From an uncultured Spirochaetales bacterium (GTDB lineage: Bacteria; Spirochaetota; Spirochaetia; JABEVK01): a stretch of 47,637 nucleotides of DNA. Position 1 is the stretch's first letter. Each line of letters begins with the position of its first letter. Shown here one piece after another: positions 27,264 to 36,644 of this stretch. A program made the translations under genes and the position numbers. The notes below the pieces were generated by a model, which was not told the DNA's origin, searched no databases, and saw only the letters and a program-made list of their open reading frames with translations. Location: the NCBI GenBank assembly GCA_964624355.1, contig CAZUXL010000001.1, positions 28,816 through 76,452 on the forward strand. Direction: 5' to 3'.

Positions 27264-28679
27264 ATGGAAGAAGAAAAAGCGGACTTTTTAGCAGAACTAG
27301 GAAAGGCAGTCAACCAGTATGCATCCCACTTAGACAAAAATATTATTCCAAGTCTAAGATCCGATCTTCGGAGTATGCAGTCTCTATTTTCCACTTTAAT
27401 GAAGATTCTAGCTAAAAAAAGCCTTGTGGTGGAAGATCCTTACCAATACGACCAGAAATTTTCCGAGGTGAGTGGAATTCCCTCAGATTCTTTCACGGAA
27501 GGAGAAAAAGTAACAGTAATAAGCATTCGAATGGGTCAATTTGAATCTCAGATGGAATACATGAACAACTATTATCAATTCAGTCTGGATTTTCTTACTT
27601 TACCTCGATTAAAAAATATAACTGCTTTAGTGAAATTTGTAAAATGGGACGGGATGAGTCCCAATTCTAATGATATTAATACCCGTGTAGTAGCGGAACT
27701 TCTAAATAAGGGTAAGGGTGGGGACGATCCCATGACTACCGCTCTTTTTAATGATGCCTTGAAACAGATGGGAACTATACAGAATAAAGTTTTAGAATCC
27801 ATAAAAAAAATATTTTTATACAAGCGTGAAGAATACAAGCTTTTGATCCGATCCACCATTCTTACTTCCCTTAAATTAGCCCCTGAGGAGTACCAGGGAA
27901 ACCAAGAAAACGTGATTCGAAAGATCAAAAGGGAATTTAGCGAGCATATGAAAGGCCATCCCTTTGTTCCCGAGCTCATTACTGAAGTTTTAGATGAAGA
28001 GTATACCAATTCCAGTGATCGCTTAAAAAAAGAATTGCTTTTGAAACTCAATGTGGGACAGTCCTTAGCGCCTAAAAAAAAGGAAATCCGGGATCATAAA
28101 CAAGCAATTTTAGAAGCTTTGAGGTTGTTGTCCTTAGCCCATACTAATTTGGATGGAGCTTTGAGAAAGTTGAAAGAGTCCAGTAGTGTACTCGAGGATA
28201 GGGCAATACCCATGGGAGAGAAGGTAAGGACCTGGTTATTTTCCCTCATAGGGAGAAAACGGGAACCTCTCATTTATTACGTGGATATTTTAGATCCTTC
28301 CACCGGAGCCATGCGCCAGGAGCGTCTGAATTTTGAAGATTTTATGACCTCCACCCTTCAAAAAAGTCGTGTTTTATCAGGATTGACGATTAAATCCAGC
28401 ACAGGGTTTGTGAAAATTTCTCAAAAACCAGAGGAAGATATTTTAGAATTTTACGAAAGATCCTTCATTGAACTCTCAAAAATCATAGAACGATTAAATT
28501 CCCTCGACGTCTACTTTAAATCTGAGGTTCCCAAAGAGCGTAGACCGTTGATCAAGGGTGTAAAGACAGAAATAGGGGCCATAAAAAGCTGCCTTGCCGT
28601 AGCAAGTAAGGCAAAACACGAGTACGTGGCGGCCAAAGAGGAAGAGGATCAGTTAAAACGTCTGGGAATCCAGCATTAA
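27264..28679 (+). CDS. Hypothetical cytoplasmic helical protein
   Basis: 471-aa ORF with no TM helix and no motif I can assign. Confidence 0.75.
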   Translation: MEEEKADFLAELGKAVNQYASHLDKNIIPSLRSDLRSMQSLFSTLMKILAKKSLVVEDPYQYDQKFSEVSGIPSDSFTEGEKVTVISIRMGQFESQMEYMNNYYQFSLDFLTLPRLKNITALVKFVKWDGMSPNSNDINTRVVAELLNKGKGGDDPMTTALFNDALKQMGTIQNKVLESIKKIFLYKREEYKLLIRSTILTSLKLAPEEYQGNQENVIRKIKREFSEHMKGHPFVPELITEVLDEEYTNSSDRLKKELLLKLNVGQSLAPKKKEIRDHKQAILEALRLLSLAHTNLDGALRKLKESSSVLEDRAIPMGEKVRTWLFSLIGRKREPLIYYVDILDPSTGAMRQERLNFEDFMTSTLQKSRVLSGLTIKSSTGFVKISQKPEEDILEFYERSFIELSKIIERLNSLDVYFKSEVPKERRPLIKGVKTEIGAIKSCLAVASKAKHEYVAAKEEEDQLKRLGIQH

Positions 28680-28686
28680 AAATGCC

Positions 28687-30108
28687 TCACCGCGAAGGAT
28701 AGGCACCTAATAGTCTGAATTCTGAGGCCTTTTCCGTTAATGCTTTTCTGGCCGCATCAAAAAGAGCCATATCCGCCGGTACTTCCACATCCACATAGAA
28801 CATATATGACCATGGCTTCCCATGAATAGGCCGACTTTCAATTTTTCTCATGTTCAACTGATGCTGGGAGAGGATCGATAAACAATCCGATAGGGCTCCT
28901 GGGGAATGGGCTGTGGAAAAAACCAGGGAGGCTTTGTTCACTAGCCCTAGAGGTGTGACCCCCAAAGGGGCAATGAGGGCAAATCGTGTAAAGTTTCTAG
29001 GATTGGTTTCCACACCGGATTTTAGAATTTCCATACCGTAAAATTTGGCTGCTACAGCACTGGCTATCCCCGCAAGAGTGGGATCCTTTTGCTCTGCCAC
29101 ATAAGCCACGCTTCCAGCAGTATCATAAAAGGGAACACGCTCCCACTCGGGATGTTGATCCAGGAAGGCCGCCGACTGAGCCAGACCCTGGGGATGGGAG
29201 TAAACTTTTTTTATATCCTGGAGGGTCGCACCTGGGAGCCCTATTAAATTATGTTCAATCCTAATTTGGGTCTCTGCAACGATATGAAGATCGGGATATT
29301 GGAGTAAAAGGTCGAAATTATCGTGAATCGAACCCGCTAGGGCATTTTCCAAAGGGAGGAGACCATAATCCACCTCTCCTTTAAGCACCGCCTCATACAC
29401 ATCCCTGAAGGCCTTCATGGGAATGGCTGACGTATCCTTAGGGTCAAAGAGGGAAAAAACAGCCAGTTCTGAATAGGCTCCCCGCTCACCCTGAAATGCC
29501 ACGGTTCTTGAATTCCCCGGGTTTTGGGTTTGTTCCGGAATGTGGACAATTTTTTTCAAGGGAGGCCTAATTAATTCTTTTTCCAAACTGAAGACCAGAG
29601 ACTTCAACTGTGGGTAGAGTTCTTCCCAGGTTTCCAGATTAGTGAAGGGAGCCAAAACACCTTCTACCCCGCATGCCAGGGCACCCATGATCACAGAACT
29701 CACGTTTTCATGGGTGTTTTCCACTTGAAGGATGATCGGAAGTCTGATCTGGTTCTGTAAACCGGTTAAAAATTCCAAGTCGGTTGAATGACAGATGAGA
29801 GCCAGGTTCCTCCATCCTTGTGTCCAAAGATTTTGAGCCTTCTCCAGCCATACCTCCGGGGACGATTTTCCTTGATCTAAAAACAAGGGGTTTTCTTTTT
29901 CTTGCGCGGGCTGTTTTTGATCGGGGGTGATGATTTGATATTCTGGTTTCCACAGGAGGGTTTCGGTCCAGGGGCTTTTGCCCCGGGGGATGTTAAAATT
30001 TTCGGGAGTCTGGAGGAACACCCCGGCACGGGATTCCCCTAAGATCAAATCATTGAGATGAAGCTCGGTCCGGGGGCCTGGACCCCATATTCCCTGTTGT
30101 TCCGTCAT
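28687..30108 (-). CDS. pheA: Prephenate dehydratase with an N-terminal extra domain
   Basis: VAFQGERGAYSE, PLENALAG, SHPQGLAQ, NFTRF and ACT domain IESRP, preceded by about 200 extra N-terminal residues. Confidence 0.9.
   Translation of the reverse strand: MTEQQGIWGPGPRTELHLNDLILGESRAGVFLQTPENFNIPRGKSPWTETLLWKPEYQIITPDQKQPAQEKENPLFLDQGKSSPEVWLEKAQNLWTQGWRNLALICHSTDLEFLTGLQNQIRLPIILQVENTHENVSSVIMGALACGVEGVLAPFTNLETWEELYPQLKSLVFSLEKELIRPPLKKIVHIPEQTQNPGNSRTVAFQGERGAYSELAVFSLFDPKDTSAIPMKAFRDVYEAVLKGEVDYGLLPLENALAGSIHDNFDLLLQYPDLHIVAETQIRIEHNLIGLPGATLQDIKKVYSHPQGLAQSAAFLDQHPEWERVPFYDTAGSVAYVAEQKDPTLAGIASAVAAKFYGMEILKSGVETNPRNFTRFALIAPLGVTPLGLVNKASLVFSTAHSPGALSDCLSILSQHQLNMRKIESRPIHGKPWSYMFYVDVEVPADMALFDAARKALTEKASEFRLLGAYPSR
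28950..28962 (+). repeat. Exact GAGGTGTGACCCC inside pheA
   Basis: Encodes G-V-T-P-L in the linker before the ACT domain. Confidence 0.9.
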
Positions 30109-30121
30109 AGCCCTAGGCTAA

Positions 30122-30790
30122 TTAGAAGGGGCTAGCCGTGTCAAGCAAGGATCCGGGAGCTTTGGAAGATTTTATTCCCTGGGCCAGGAGCTTTTCTGAA
30201 AACATAAGATCCATAAATTGGGTTTCATATTCATTCTTCAAGGAAATAATTTTCTTCACATAAGTTCGAGTGGAGTGGGGAATGAGCCCCTGCTGAACTC
30301 TTTTTGGACCTGCATTGTAAATTGCCAGGGCTTCGGCAGGATTTGTTGACATTTCCAAGGATGCCCGTAAGTGAGAGGCTCCGTATTGGGCGTTCACGAA
30401 AGGATTGAACGCTTGTTCTGGTTTCAGTTTTGGATAAGTTCGGGAGTTGAGTTGAAAGAGCCCGTAGTCCCGGGAGTTGGAATTATAGCCCAGAGCCTTG
30501 GGATTAAACTCGCTTTCGGTGGATACGAGGGCAAAAGCGAGGCTTGGGGGGACATCATTGGTATCACAGGCCTGAAGAATAGCCTTGGTCACGAGGGAAT
30601 CCCCCGTAAGAGCTGTGTAAAAATCTTCCACTTCGCTTCGATGTTCTGGTTGTCGATAAAGATTGAGGCTCCAGTCATTGGCCCATAGAGCGTCATTTCC
30701 GGAGTTGTCAGAAAATCCACTTTGCACCAGGGTGTTAGGGGACTGACAGGAACTTAGAAAACCGAGAACCAGAAACATTTTCAAAAACAA
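30122..30790 (-). CDS. Lytic transglycosylase (SLT domain) lipoprotein
   Basis: Catalytic ESEFNPKA, DYGLFQLN, ALAIYNAG and TRTYVKKI; lipobox FLSS-C. Start uncertain. Confidence 0.88.
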   Translation of the reverse strand: MFLKMFLVLGFLSSCQSPNTLVQSGFSDNSGNDALWANDWSLNLYRQPEHRSEVEDFYTALTGDSLVTKAILQACDTNDVPPSLAFALVSTESEFNPKALGYNSNSRDYGLFQLNSRTYPKLKPEQAFNPFVNAQYGASHLRASLEMSTNPAEALAIYNAGPKRVQQGLIPHSTRTYVKKIISLKNEYETQFMDLMFSEKLLAQGIKSSKAPGSLLDTASPF

Positions 30791-30931
30791 TATTAGATAG
30801 ACCGAAAAAAAATTATGGGTTCGAATAAGTCGACCTCTTTTTTAAAGATGGTCTTAAAAAAACAGAATTCCCCATAATATTCAAGTGTTTCATCCTGAAA
30901 TTCGGTAAAATAACGAGTATTATTGGAGATT

Positions 30932-33088
30932 TTAACTATTTATGGATTGAAAATGAAGATCGAGAACTTCCCGAACTTGCTTTAGCAGGATTTGAGACTT
31001 GAAAGGTTTATGAACAAAATTCACCTTTTTTGTGAAAACTCCGTGCCGAACAATCTCATCATCGGTGTATCCGGAGAAGAAAATAACCGGGAGATTAATC
31101 CCTCTGGTTTGGAGTGCCTCTACAAGTTCTTGGCCTGTCATGACTGGCATGACCACATCGGTGAGAATGAGCTGGCCTTCATTGGGATTGTTAATTAAAA
31201 AGTTCAAGGCTTCTTGACCGTTGTGGAAGGCTTGCACCCGATATCCGTATCTACTGAGGATTCTGAGGGCGTATTCCCTCACCATATCCTCGTCTTCCAC
31301 GAGAATTATCTTTTCCCGGTCACCCCTGGGGGCGGACAATTCCTCCACTTGGAGATTCCCCTCCTGGACCAGGGGACTATTTCCCGGAAAGAGAATGGAA
31401 AAACTAGTGCCCTTGCCCAAGGTGGAGGTGAGGCGTAATGTCCCTCCACTTTGTTGCACGATTCCGTAGACCATGGCCAATCCTAAACCCGTTCCCTTGC
31501 CCTGTTTTTTAGTGGTGAAAAAGGGTTCAAAAATCATCTTTTGGGTCTCTTCATCCATCCCTCCACCGGTGTCGGAGACCACCAATTCGGCATAGATTCC
31601 CGGTAGAATGAGTTCCTGGGTAGTGTAATAGGATGTTTCCACCAGCACCACCCGGGTTTTTACCGTAAGAAGGCCCCCTTCCGCCATGGCATCCCGGGCA
31701 TTGAGAACCAGGTTCATGATAACCTGTTCCAACTGCCCCTTATCCGCTGTAAGGGTGGGAAGGGCTGGATCCAGATCTAAAACCAATTTGACCCGCTCGT
31801 TTAATAGTCTTTGGAGCATGGTTTCCATGGACGAAACCACCTTATTCAGTTCCAGAACTTTCGGGGAAATGACTTGCCGCCGGGAGAAGGCCAGAAGTTG
31901 GGAGGTAAGCTCCGATGCCCGGAGTCCCGCATGGAGAATCTCCCTCACATCGGTCTGAAAACTGGAATTCTGGGGGAGTTCAGCCATGAGCAGTTCGGAA
32001 TATCCGTTGATCACCGTGAGAAGATTGTTGAAATCGTGGGCAACACCCCCGGCCAACCGTCCCAATCCTTCCATTTTTTGGCTTTCCCGGAGCTGAATTT
32101 CAAGATTTTTACGGGGTGTGTTATCAAAAAGAAATCCGCGAATTTGAACCAATTGTCCTTCATCATTCTTTATCCCGAGAATGTTGGCGATGACCCAAAC
32201 TTGGTGTCCATCGGGCCTGACCAGCTCCATTTCATAATAATCCAAGGTTTGCAGGACCCTGAACTGTTTAAAAGCTTTTTGCCTATCGGCCTTACTGGTG
32301 AATAATTGCCGTCCATCGTATCCCAAGGCATAGTCCACCGAAGGGAAGCCGAAAATCCGGGCAAAGGATCGGTTGCAATCAATAATTCTCCAGTCCAGAC
32401 CCATCACAAAGTCCCCGGTGATGTCGTCTTCAAAAAATTTACGATAACGTTTTTCCGACCTGGAGAGCCGGCGGATGGTGATTTCCTGCTCTTGAATCAG
32501 ATTCTGAAGCTTGGTGAGATCTTCGGTCACCTCCTGTTTCAGGGGGAGAATGGAAATTTCCGGTTGTGACGGGGTGAGGGGAACTCCCAAGGCGTCCAGG
32601 AGGGTGGGAACCGTATCTAAGGCGTCGGGGGTTCCCGGGAGGCGAATCCAACGGCCAAAATGCTGGTCTATTTGTTGAGAGGGCACTAAGTAGAGATGGA
32701 TAATTTCCTCTTCCCAATCTTCCGGAGCCACCATGGTACTTCGAAGTTCCATGTAGTTTCTCAAACTCTCCAAAGCACGGGGATTTCGAGGTCCTCCGGG
32801 AAAGACGGAGAAATCGAAAACCGGAAATGGTTCATCCGGGGGGCGGGAGGCGAACCCCTCCGTTCTAGTTCTATTCCAATAAATCAGACCAAAGAATTTT
32901 TTTTCCCAAGCCCACCGGGCCCATCGGGTTCGGGACCAAATTTTCAAAGGATCTGTAAAAACCATGAAAAGTTTGATATGTATAAGGTATTCACGGCAAA
33001 GCGAGAGGAGGGGTTTAATATCACTGATATAAGTCTCATCCCGGGGGCCCTGAACAACCACGGCCAGGGATAGTTCCTGGGTTCCCAT
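30932..33088 (-). CDS. Cytoplasmic hybrid sensor kinase (PAS - HisKA - HATPase - receiver)
   Basis: PAS domain, [35 protein letters not shown] and receiver LTDVVMP. Confidence 0.93.
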   Translation of the reverse strand: MGTQELSLAVVVQGPRDETYISDIKPLLSLCREYLIHIKLFMVFTDPLKIWSRTRWARWAWEKKFFGLIYWNRTRTEGFASRPPDEPFPVFDFSVFPGGPRNPRALESLRNYMELRSTMVAPEDWEEEIIHLYLVPSQQIDQHFGRWIRLPGTPDALDTVPTLLDALGVPLTPSQPEISILPLKQEVTEDLTKLQNLIQEQEITIRRLSRSEKRYRKFFEDDITGDFVMGLDWRIIDCNRSFARIFGFPSVDYALGYDGRQLFTSKADRQKAFKQFRVLQTLDYYEMELVRPDGHQVWVIANILGIKNDEGQLVQIRGFLFDNTPRKNLEIQLRESQKMEGLGRLAGGVAHDFNNLLTVINGYSELLMAELPQNSSFQTDVREILHAGLRASELTSQLLAFSRRQVISPKVLELNKVVSSMETMLQRLLNERVKLVLDLDPALPTLTADKGQLEQVIMNLVLNARDAMAEGGLLTVKTRVVLVETSYYTTQELILPGIYAELVVSDTGGGMDEETQKMIFEPFFTTKKQGKGTGLGLAMVYGIVQQSGGTLRLTSTLGKGTSFSILFPGNSPLVQEGNLQVEELSAPRGDREKIILVEDEDMVREYALRILSRYGYRVQAFHNGQEALNFLINNPNEGQLILTDVVMPVMTGQELVEALQTRGINLPVIFFSGYTDDEIVRHGVFTKKVNFVHKPFKSQILLKQVREVLDLHFQSINS

Positions 33089-33137
33089 TTTTTAAATATT
33101 CCTTCCAAAAGATATCTTTATTATATACAATATTTTT

Positions 33138-33500
33138 ATGATGCGAAACCTGGCCTGCACAAAATGTGCGAAGTATTGTCAAATCGAGGTCTCCTGGTCC
33201 GGTGATCAGATTACCTTTGTCCGTGGCCATCAGTGCCCCATCGGGCTGGAATGGGCTTCTTCACAAGTGGTGGATACCAAACGAGTCGTCACCACGTCGG
33301 TTCGCGTGGAAAACGCCCCTTATCCTATGATTCCCGTTAGAACCTCCAGACCAGTGGAAAAAGCCAAGTCTTTGGAGGTGATTCGAGAAGCTGGTAAGTT
33401 ATCCTTGAAAGCACCTATCCGCTGCGGACAGGTGATAGCCCGAAACATCGCCGGAACTAATGCGGATTTGATTGCCGTGAAGGAAGCCCAGGTTCTCTAA
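33138..33500 (+). CDS. DUF1667-like small Cys-rich metal-binding protein
   Basis: CxxCxxxC...CPxG, RVVTTSV, PVRT, APIxxGxVI and GTNAD. Confidence 0.75.
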   Translation: MMRNLACTKCAKYCQIEVSWSGDQITFVRGHQCPIGLEWASSQVVDTKRVVTTSVRVENAPYPMIPVRTSRPVEKAKSLEVIREAGKLSLKAPIRCGQVIARNIAGTNADLIAVKEAQVL

Positions 33501-33563
33501 AAAAATATTTCAAATCTTCCACAAACCTTTGCAATTTGTTTTTTCTTTCCTTAGAATAAAAGA

Positions 33564-34295
33564 GTGAACCAGGAATACGTAACAGAATTTGATATCCACA
33601 CCTTCGTCCTCCGTTTTTTTGAGGACCTCTCACTGACACTCCCTTCATTGGGTTGTAAATTTCAGGGAGACACGGAGGTTTTTAACTTAGCAGCCGTCGG
33701 AGATCCGAATTGGTTGAAAAATAAACTTTTTTTAATCTTCTTTGATTTGGCAAATATTCATAAAGAGATGAATTTTAAATTTGCCATATCCCATAGGGAG
33801 TCCCGGGTTCACTTCTTTTTCCGTTCAACCCTCCCACTGTCGGCTTTAGATCATCCAGAATCATTAAACAGTTGGGATTCGACCTTTTTTCGGGTGGAAT
33901 CCCAGGACGGCTGGGCCAATGTATTAACCTTCGATCTCCCCGTGGGGAAAGCCATTTTTGATGCCTCCCTTCCTTTTGATCGTAGAAAAGCCTTAGAGCT
34001 CTATCTCCAACCGGAAACAGTGGAGCAGGTTCTGAAAACATTCCTTTCCAAGGTGGAAGAATGGATGACTAACTTGGATATCGCCATTGAAAAGGGTGAT
34101 CATTGGGAAGTGTTTAGATTAAGTCATAGTCTCAAGGGGGGGGCGCGGAATATTTTTGCCCTACCATTGGCTGCAGAGGCTGGAATACTTGAAAGTCGAG
34201 CACGAATTCAGGATTTAACGGAAGCTCCTCAGATGTACGCAAAAATCCGTCGTCAATATCAAGAACTCATGAATTTCCTCCATGCCGCCAGTTGA
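33564..34295 (+). CDS. HPt domain protein
   Basis: C-terminal HPt motif SHSLKGGA. Confidence 0.8.
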   Translation: MNQEYVTEFDIHTFVLRFFEDLSLTLPSLGCKFQGDTEVFNLAAVGDPNWLKNKLFLIFFDLANIHKEMNFKFAISHRESRVHFFFRSTLPLSALDHPESLNSWDSTFFRVESQDGWANVLTFDLPVGKAIFDASLPFDRRKALELYLQPETVEQVLKTFLSKVEEWMTNLDIAIEKGDHWEVFRLSHSLKGGARNIFALPLAAEAGILESRARIQDLTEAPQMYAKIRRQYQELMNFLHAAS

Positions 34296-34653
34296 AAATC
34301 TGGGAAAGATCCTTTATGCGGAAGATGATTACGCTAATAGGAAACTCATTGAGTTGCAGCTGAGGAGAAGAGGATTTTTGTGTGTCACCGTGGAAGACGG
34401 AGTCCAAGCCCTGGAATCCTATGCTAAGGATACTTTTTCCCTGGTGATTTTGGATTATAACATGCCAGGATTATCCGGAACACAAACCCTGGTCAAAATA
34501 CGCGAAATCAACCCGAAACAAAAAATACTAGCCCTTACCAGCGATGACTCCGTATCTACGGACTTATTAGAACAAGGGTTTGATAGGGTTGTCATCAAAC
34601 CTATTTTGGATGATAGCCTCTTAGAGGCTGTGCTGGATGTCCTTAATAGCTAG
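34282..34653 (+). CDS. Single-domain response regulator
   Basis: YAEDD, ILDYNMPG, ALT and IKP; overlaps the HPt gene. Confidence 0.9.
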   Translation: MPPVENLGKILYAEDDYANRKLIELQLRRRGFLCVTVEDGVQALESYAKDTFSLVILDYNMPGLSGTQTLVKIREINPKQKILALTSDDSVSTDLLEQGFDRVVIKPILDDSLLEAVLDVLNS

Positions 34654-34683
34654 GAAAAATAGGAACTTCTGGTCTGAAATGGT

Positions 34684-35421
34684 TTATTTATCATGAAAGT
34701 TGTATTTATCCAAAAATGTCCACTGTCCAGAATTTAACTCCAGGGACTCCAAATTGAGATTGCCTTCCGCCGTTCTCCGCAGTGTTTCGCAGAAGTTTCC
34801 TGTGGCTGCAATCATTCGCCGGACTTGATGGTATTTTCCCTGGTCAATTTTCATTTCCATGAGGAATTCCCCTAAGATTTTTACCTCTAGAGCCTTATCT
34901 GGACCAGGTTCCCCCCGGAGTTGCACTCCATTTAATAGGAGATTTTTTTGGTCCTGGGTAATAGGATCACGAGTTCCCACCTCGTAGGTTTTATGGATAT
35001 GATGTTTTGGACTGGTCATATGGTGAATAAACTCCCCATCATCGCTTAAAAGAAGGAGTCCGGTGGTATTTTGATCAAGACGGCCCGCACTTTGAATCCC
35101 TCTATTTACCAGGTAATCGGGGAGGAGATCGAAAACACTTAAATGGTGTTGGGGTGATGCGGAACATTCATAACCGGAGGGTTTGTTTAAAGCCAGGTAC
35201 ACTTTTTCCCTAAAAAAGTAGGTGTGACCCCCGATGGAGAATTCCAAACCCACTTCAGACTGGTTCAGAGGATTCAATTCACGCTTAAGATCGACAATTA
35301 TTTCTCCCTCAAAACTAAAGAGTCCAGCTAGCACCAATTTTTGGCATTCTTTGCGGGAACCAAAACCTTGAGACTGTAGAAACCTGTCGGGAGTTAAGGA
35401 TTTCATAGTTATTGATAACAT
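34684..35421 (-). CDS. rsuA: RsuA-family rRNA pseudouridine synthase
   Basis: S4-like N-terminus, LNKPSGY, GRLD, TTGLLLL and GKYHQVRRM. Confidence 0.88.
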   Translation of the reverse strand: MLSITMKSLTPDRFLQSQGFGSRKECQKLVLAGLFSFEGEIIVDLKRELNPLNQSEVGLEFSIGGHTYFFREKVYLALNKPSGYECSASPQHHLSVFDLLPDYLVNRGIQSAGRLDQNTTGLLLLSDDGEFIHHMTSPKHHIHKTYEVGTRDPITQDQKNLLLNGVQLRGEPGPDKALEVKILGEFLMEMKIDQGKYHQVRRMIAATGNFCETLRRTAEGNLNLESLELNSGQWTFLDKYNFHDK

Positions 35422-35429
35422 AATTTTAT

Positions 35430-35442
35430 GAGGTCTGTCCCC
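35430..35442 (+). repeat. Motif copy GAGGTCTGTCCCC, intergenic
   Basis: Matches GAGGTSTGNCCCC. TAGGTGTGACCCC (one mismatch) lies at 35219-35231 inside rsuA. Confidence 0.75.
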
Positions 35443-35493
35443 AAAATTAGTAGTATCTATCTTACATATTCCGGTCTATAATCTGTATATAAA

Positions 35494-36609
35494 TTGAAGT
35501 CATTGGGGTCGGGAATGAATAGAATAATAGTTGGCGCTGAAGATAGTTTTTGGGCAAACACTTTGAGACTTTCAGCGTCCTTAGAGGTGCTTGAATGGGA
35601 TCCCACATTGGAAGTGACCTTGGCAGAACTTTGTTCTAATCATTGTTTTGTTCTCCTGGATTTAAAGACTTACACCTCCCTTTGTGACTCTCTTCATGTG
35701 TTTCTACACCGGATGAGACTTTTATTAATCCTTCCCACAGGACTCGCCGCTACAGAATTGTCAAATTTTCGCCACCGGTCCTTAAGTGTTTTTACTTATG
35801 AAGAGGGGCGGCCCAAGGATGTGGTTCAAATACAGAATCTACTGACCTTTGTGGATAACTGTTTTCACATTCAGGTACTCACAAAGCGCTTGGAGAACTA
35901 CATCAGCGACTCTTTTAAAGATATTGTGGATACCAATCTCCTTCAGGCACAAAAGAAAGAAATTGAGGTCCTAAATAAAAGACTGGAAGACCTTAGCCGC
36001 ACAGACTCCTTAACTCATTTACTTAATCGCAGGGCTTTGATGGAAGCCTTTGAAATGGAAAAAAAGAGGGCCCTCCGCAATAGATGGCGGATGGAGCATA
36101 GTACAGATGGTCAGAAAATGCCCTCCGACTACTTCTCACCGGATCATGGAACCCTGGGTCGGGGATCCTTTAGCGACCATGTGGGAAATTTTTCCTGCCT
36201 CATGGTGGATATCGATCATTTTAAGAGGGTCAATGATTTTCATGGACATCTATCAGGGGACGATGTCTTGAAGTGTTTTGGGGAAATAATTCAAACCGGA
36301 GGGCTATTCAGGGATAGCGATATCCTTGGTCGGTACGGAGGCGAAGAATTCATAATTCTCCTTCCTGAAACCAATGCCATTAACGCGATGATTCCTGCAC
36401 AGCGGCTTCGGGAGGCGATCAAAGAGGTGGTTTTCACCGATGAAGCCGGAAATAATTTTTCCATAACAATCAGTATCGGGGTGGCAGAATTTTTACCGGA
36501 AGAAGTGGAAGTTCGAGAGCTTATCAGCCGTGCGGATAAGGCTTTGTATTATGCAAAAGACCATGGTCGAGATCAAGTTTGTATTTATACCTCAGAATTA
36601 TTGAAATAG
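35494..36609 (+). CDS. Diguanylate cyclase
   Basis: DSLT, MVDIDHFKRVND, I-site RDSD, GRYGGEEF and ADKALY. The true start may be ATG 35515. Confidence 0.92.
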   Translation: MKSLGSGMNRIIVGAEDSFWANTLRLSASLEVLEWDPTLEVTLAELCSNHCFVLLDLKTYTSLCDSLHVFLHRMRLLLILPTGLAATELSNFRHRSLSVFTYEEGRPKDVVQIQNLLTFVDNCFHIQVLTKRLENYISDSFKDIVDTNLLQAQKKEIEVLNKRLEDLSRTDSLTHLLNRRALMEAFEMEKKRALRNRWRMEHSTDGQKMPSDYFSPDHGTLGRGSFSDHVGNFSCLMVDIDHFKRVNDFHGHLSGDDVLKCFGEIIQTGGLFRDSDILGRYGGEEFIILLPETNAINAMIPAQRLREAIKEVVFTDEAGNNFSITISIGVAEFLPEEVEVRELISRADKALYYAKDHGRDQVCIYTSELLK

Positions 36610-36638
36610 TTGACGTAAGGAATCTATTTCAGTAACGT
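36610..36638 (+). promoter_or_regulatory. Sigma70 promoter of aroA, probably leaderless
   Basis: TTGACG, 17 bp, TAACGT, 6 nt, ATG. Confidence 0.6.
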
Positions 36639-36644
36639 GGCTGA

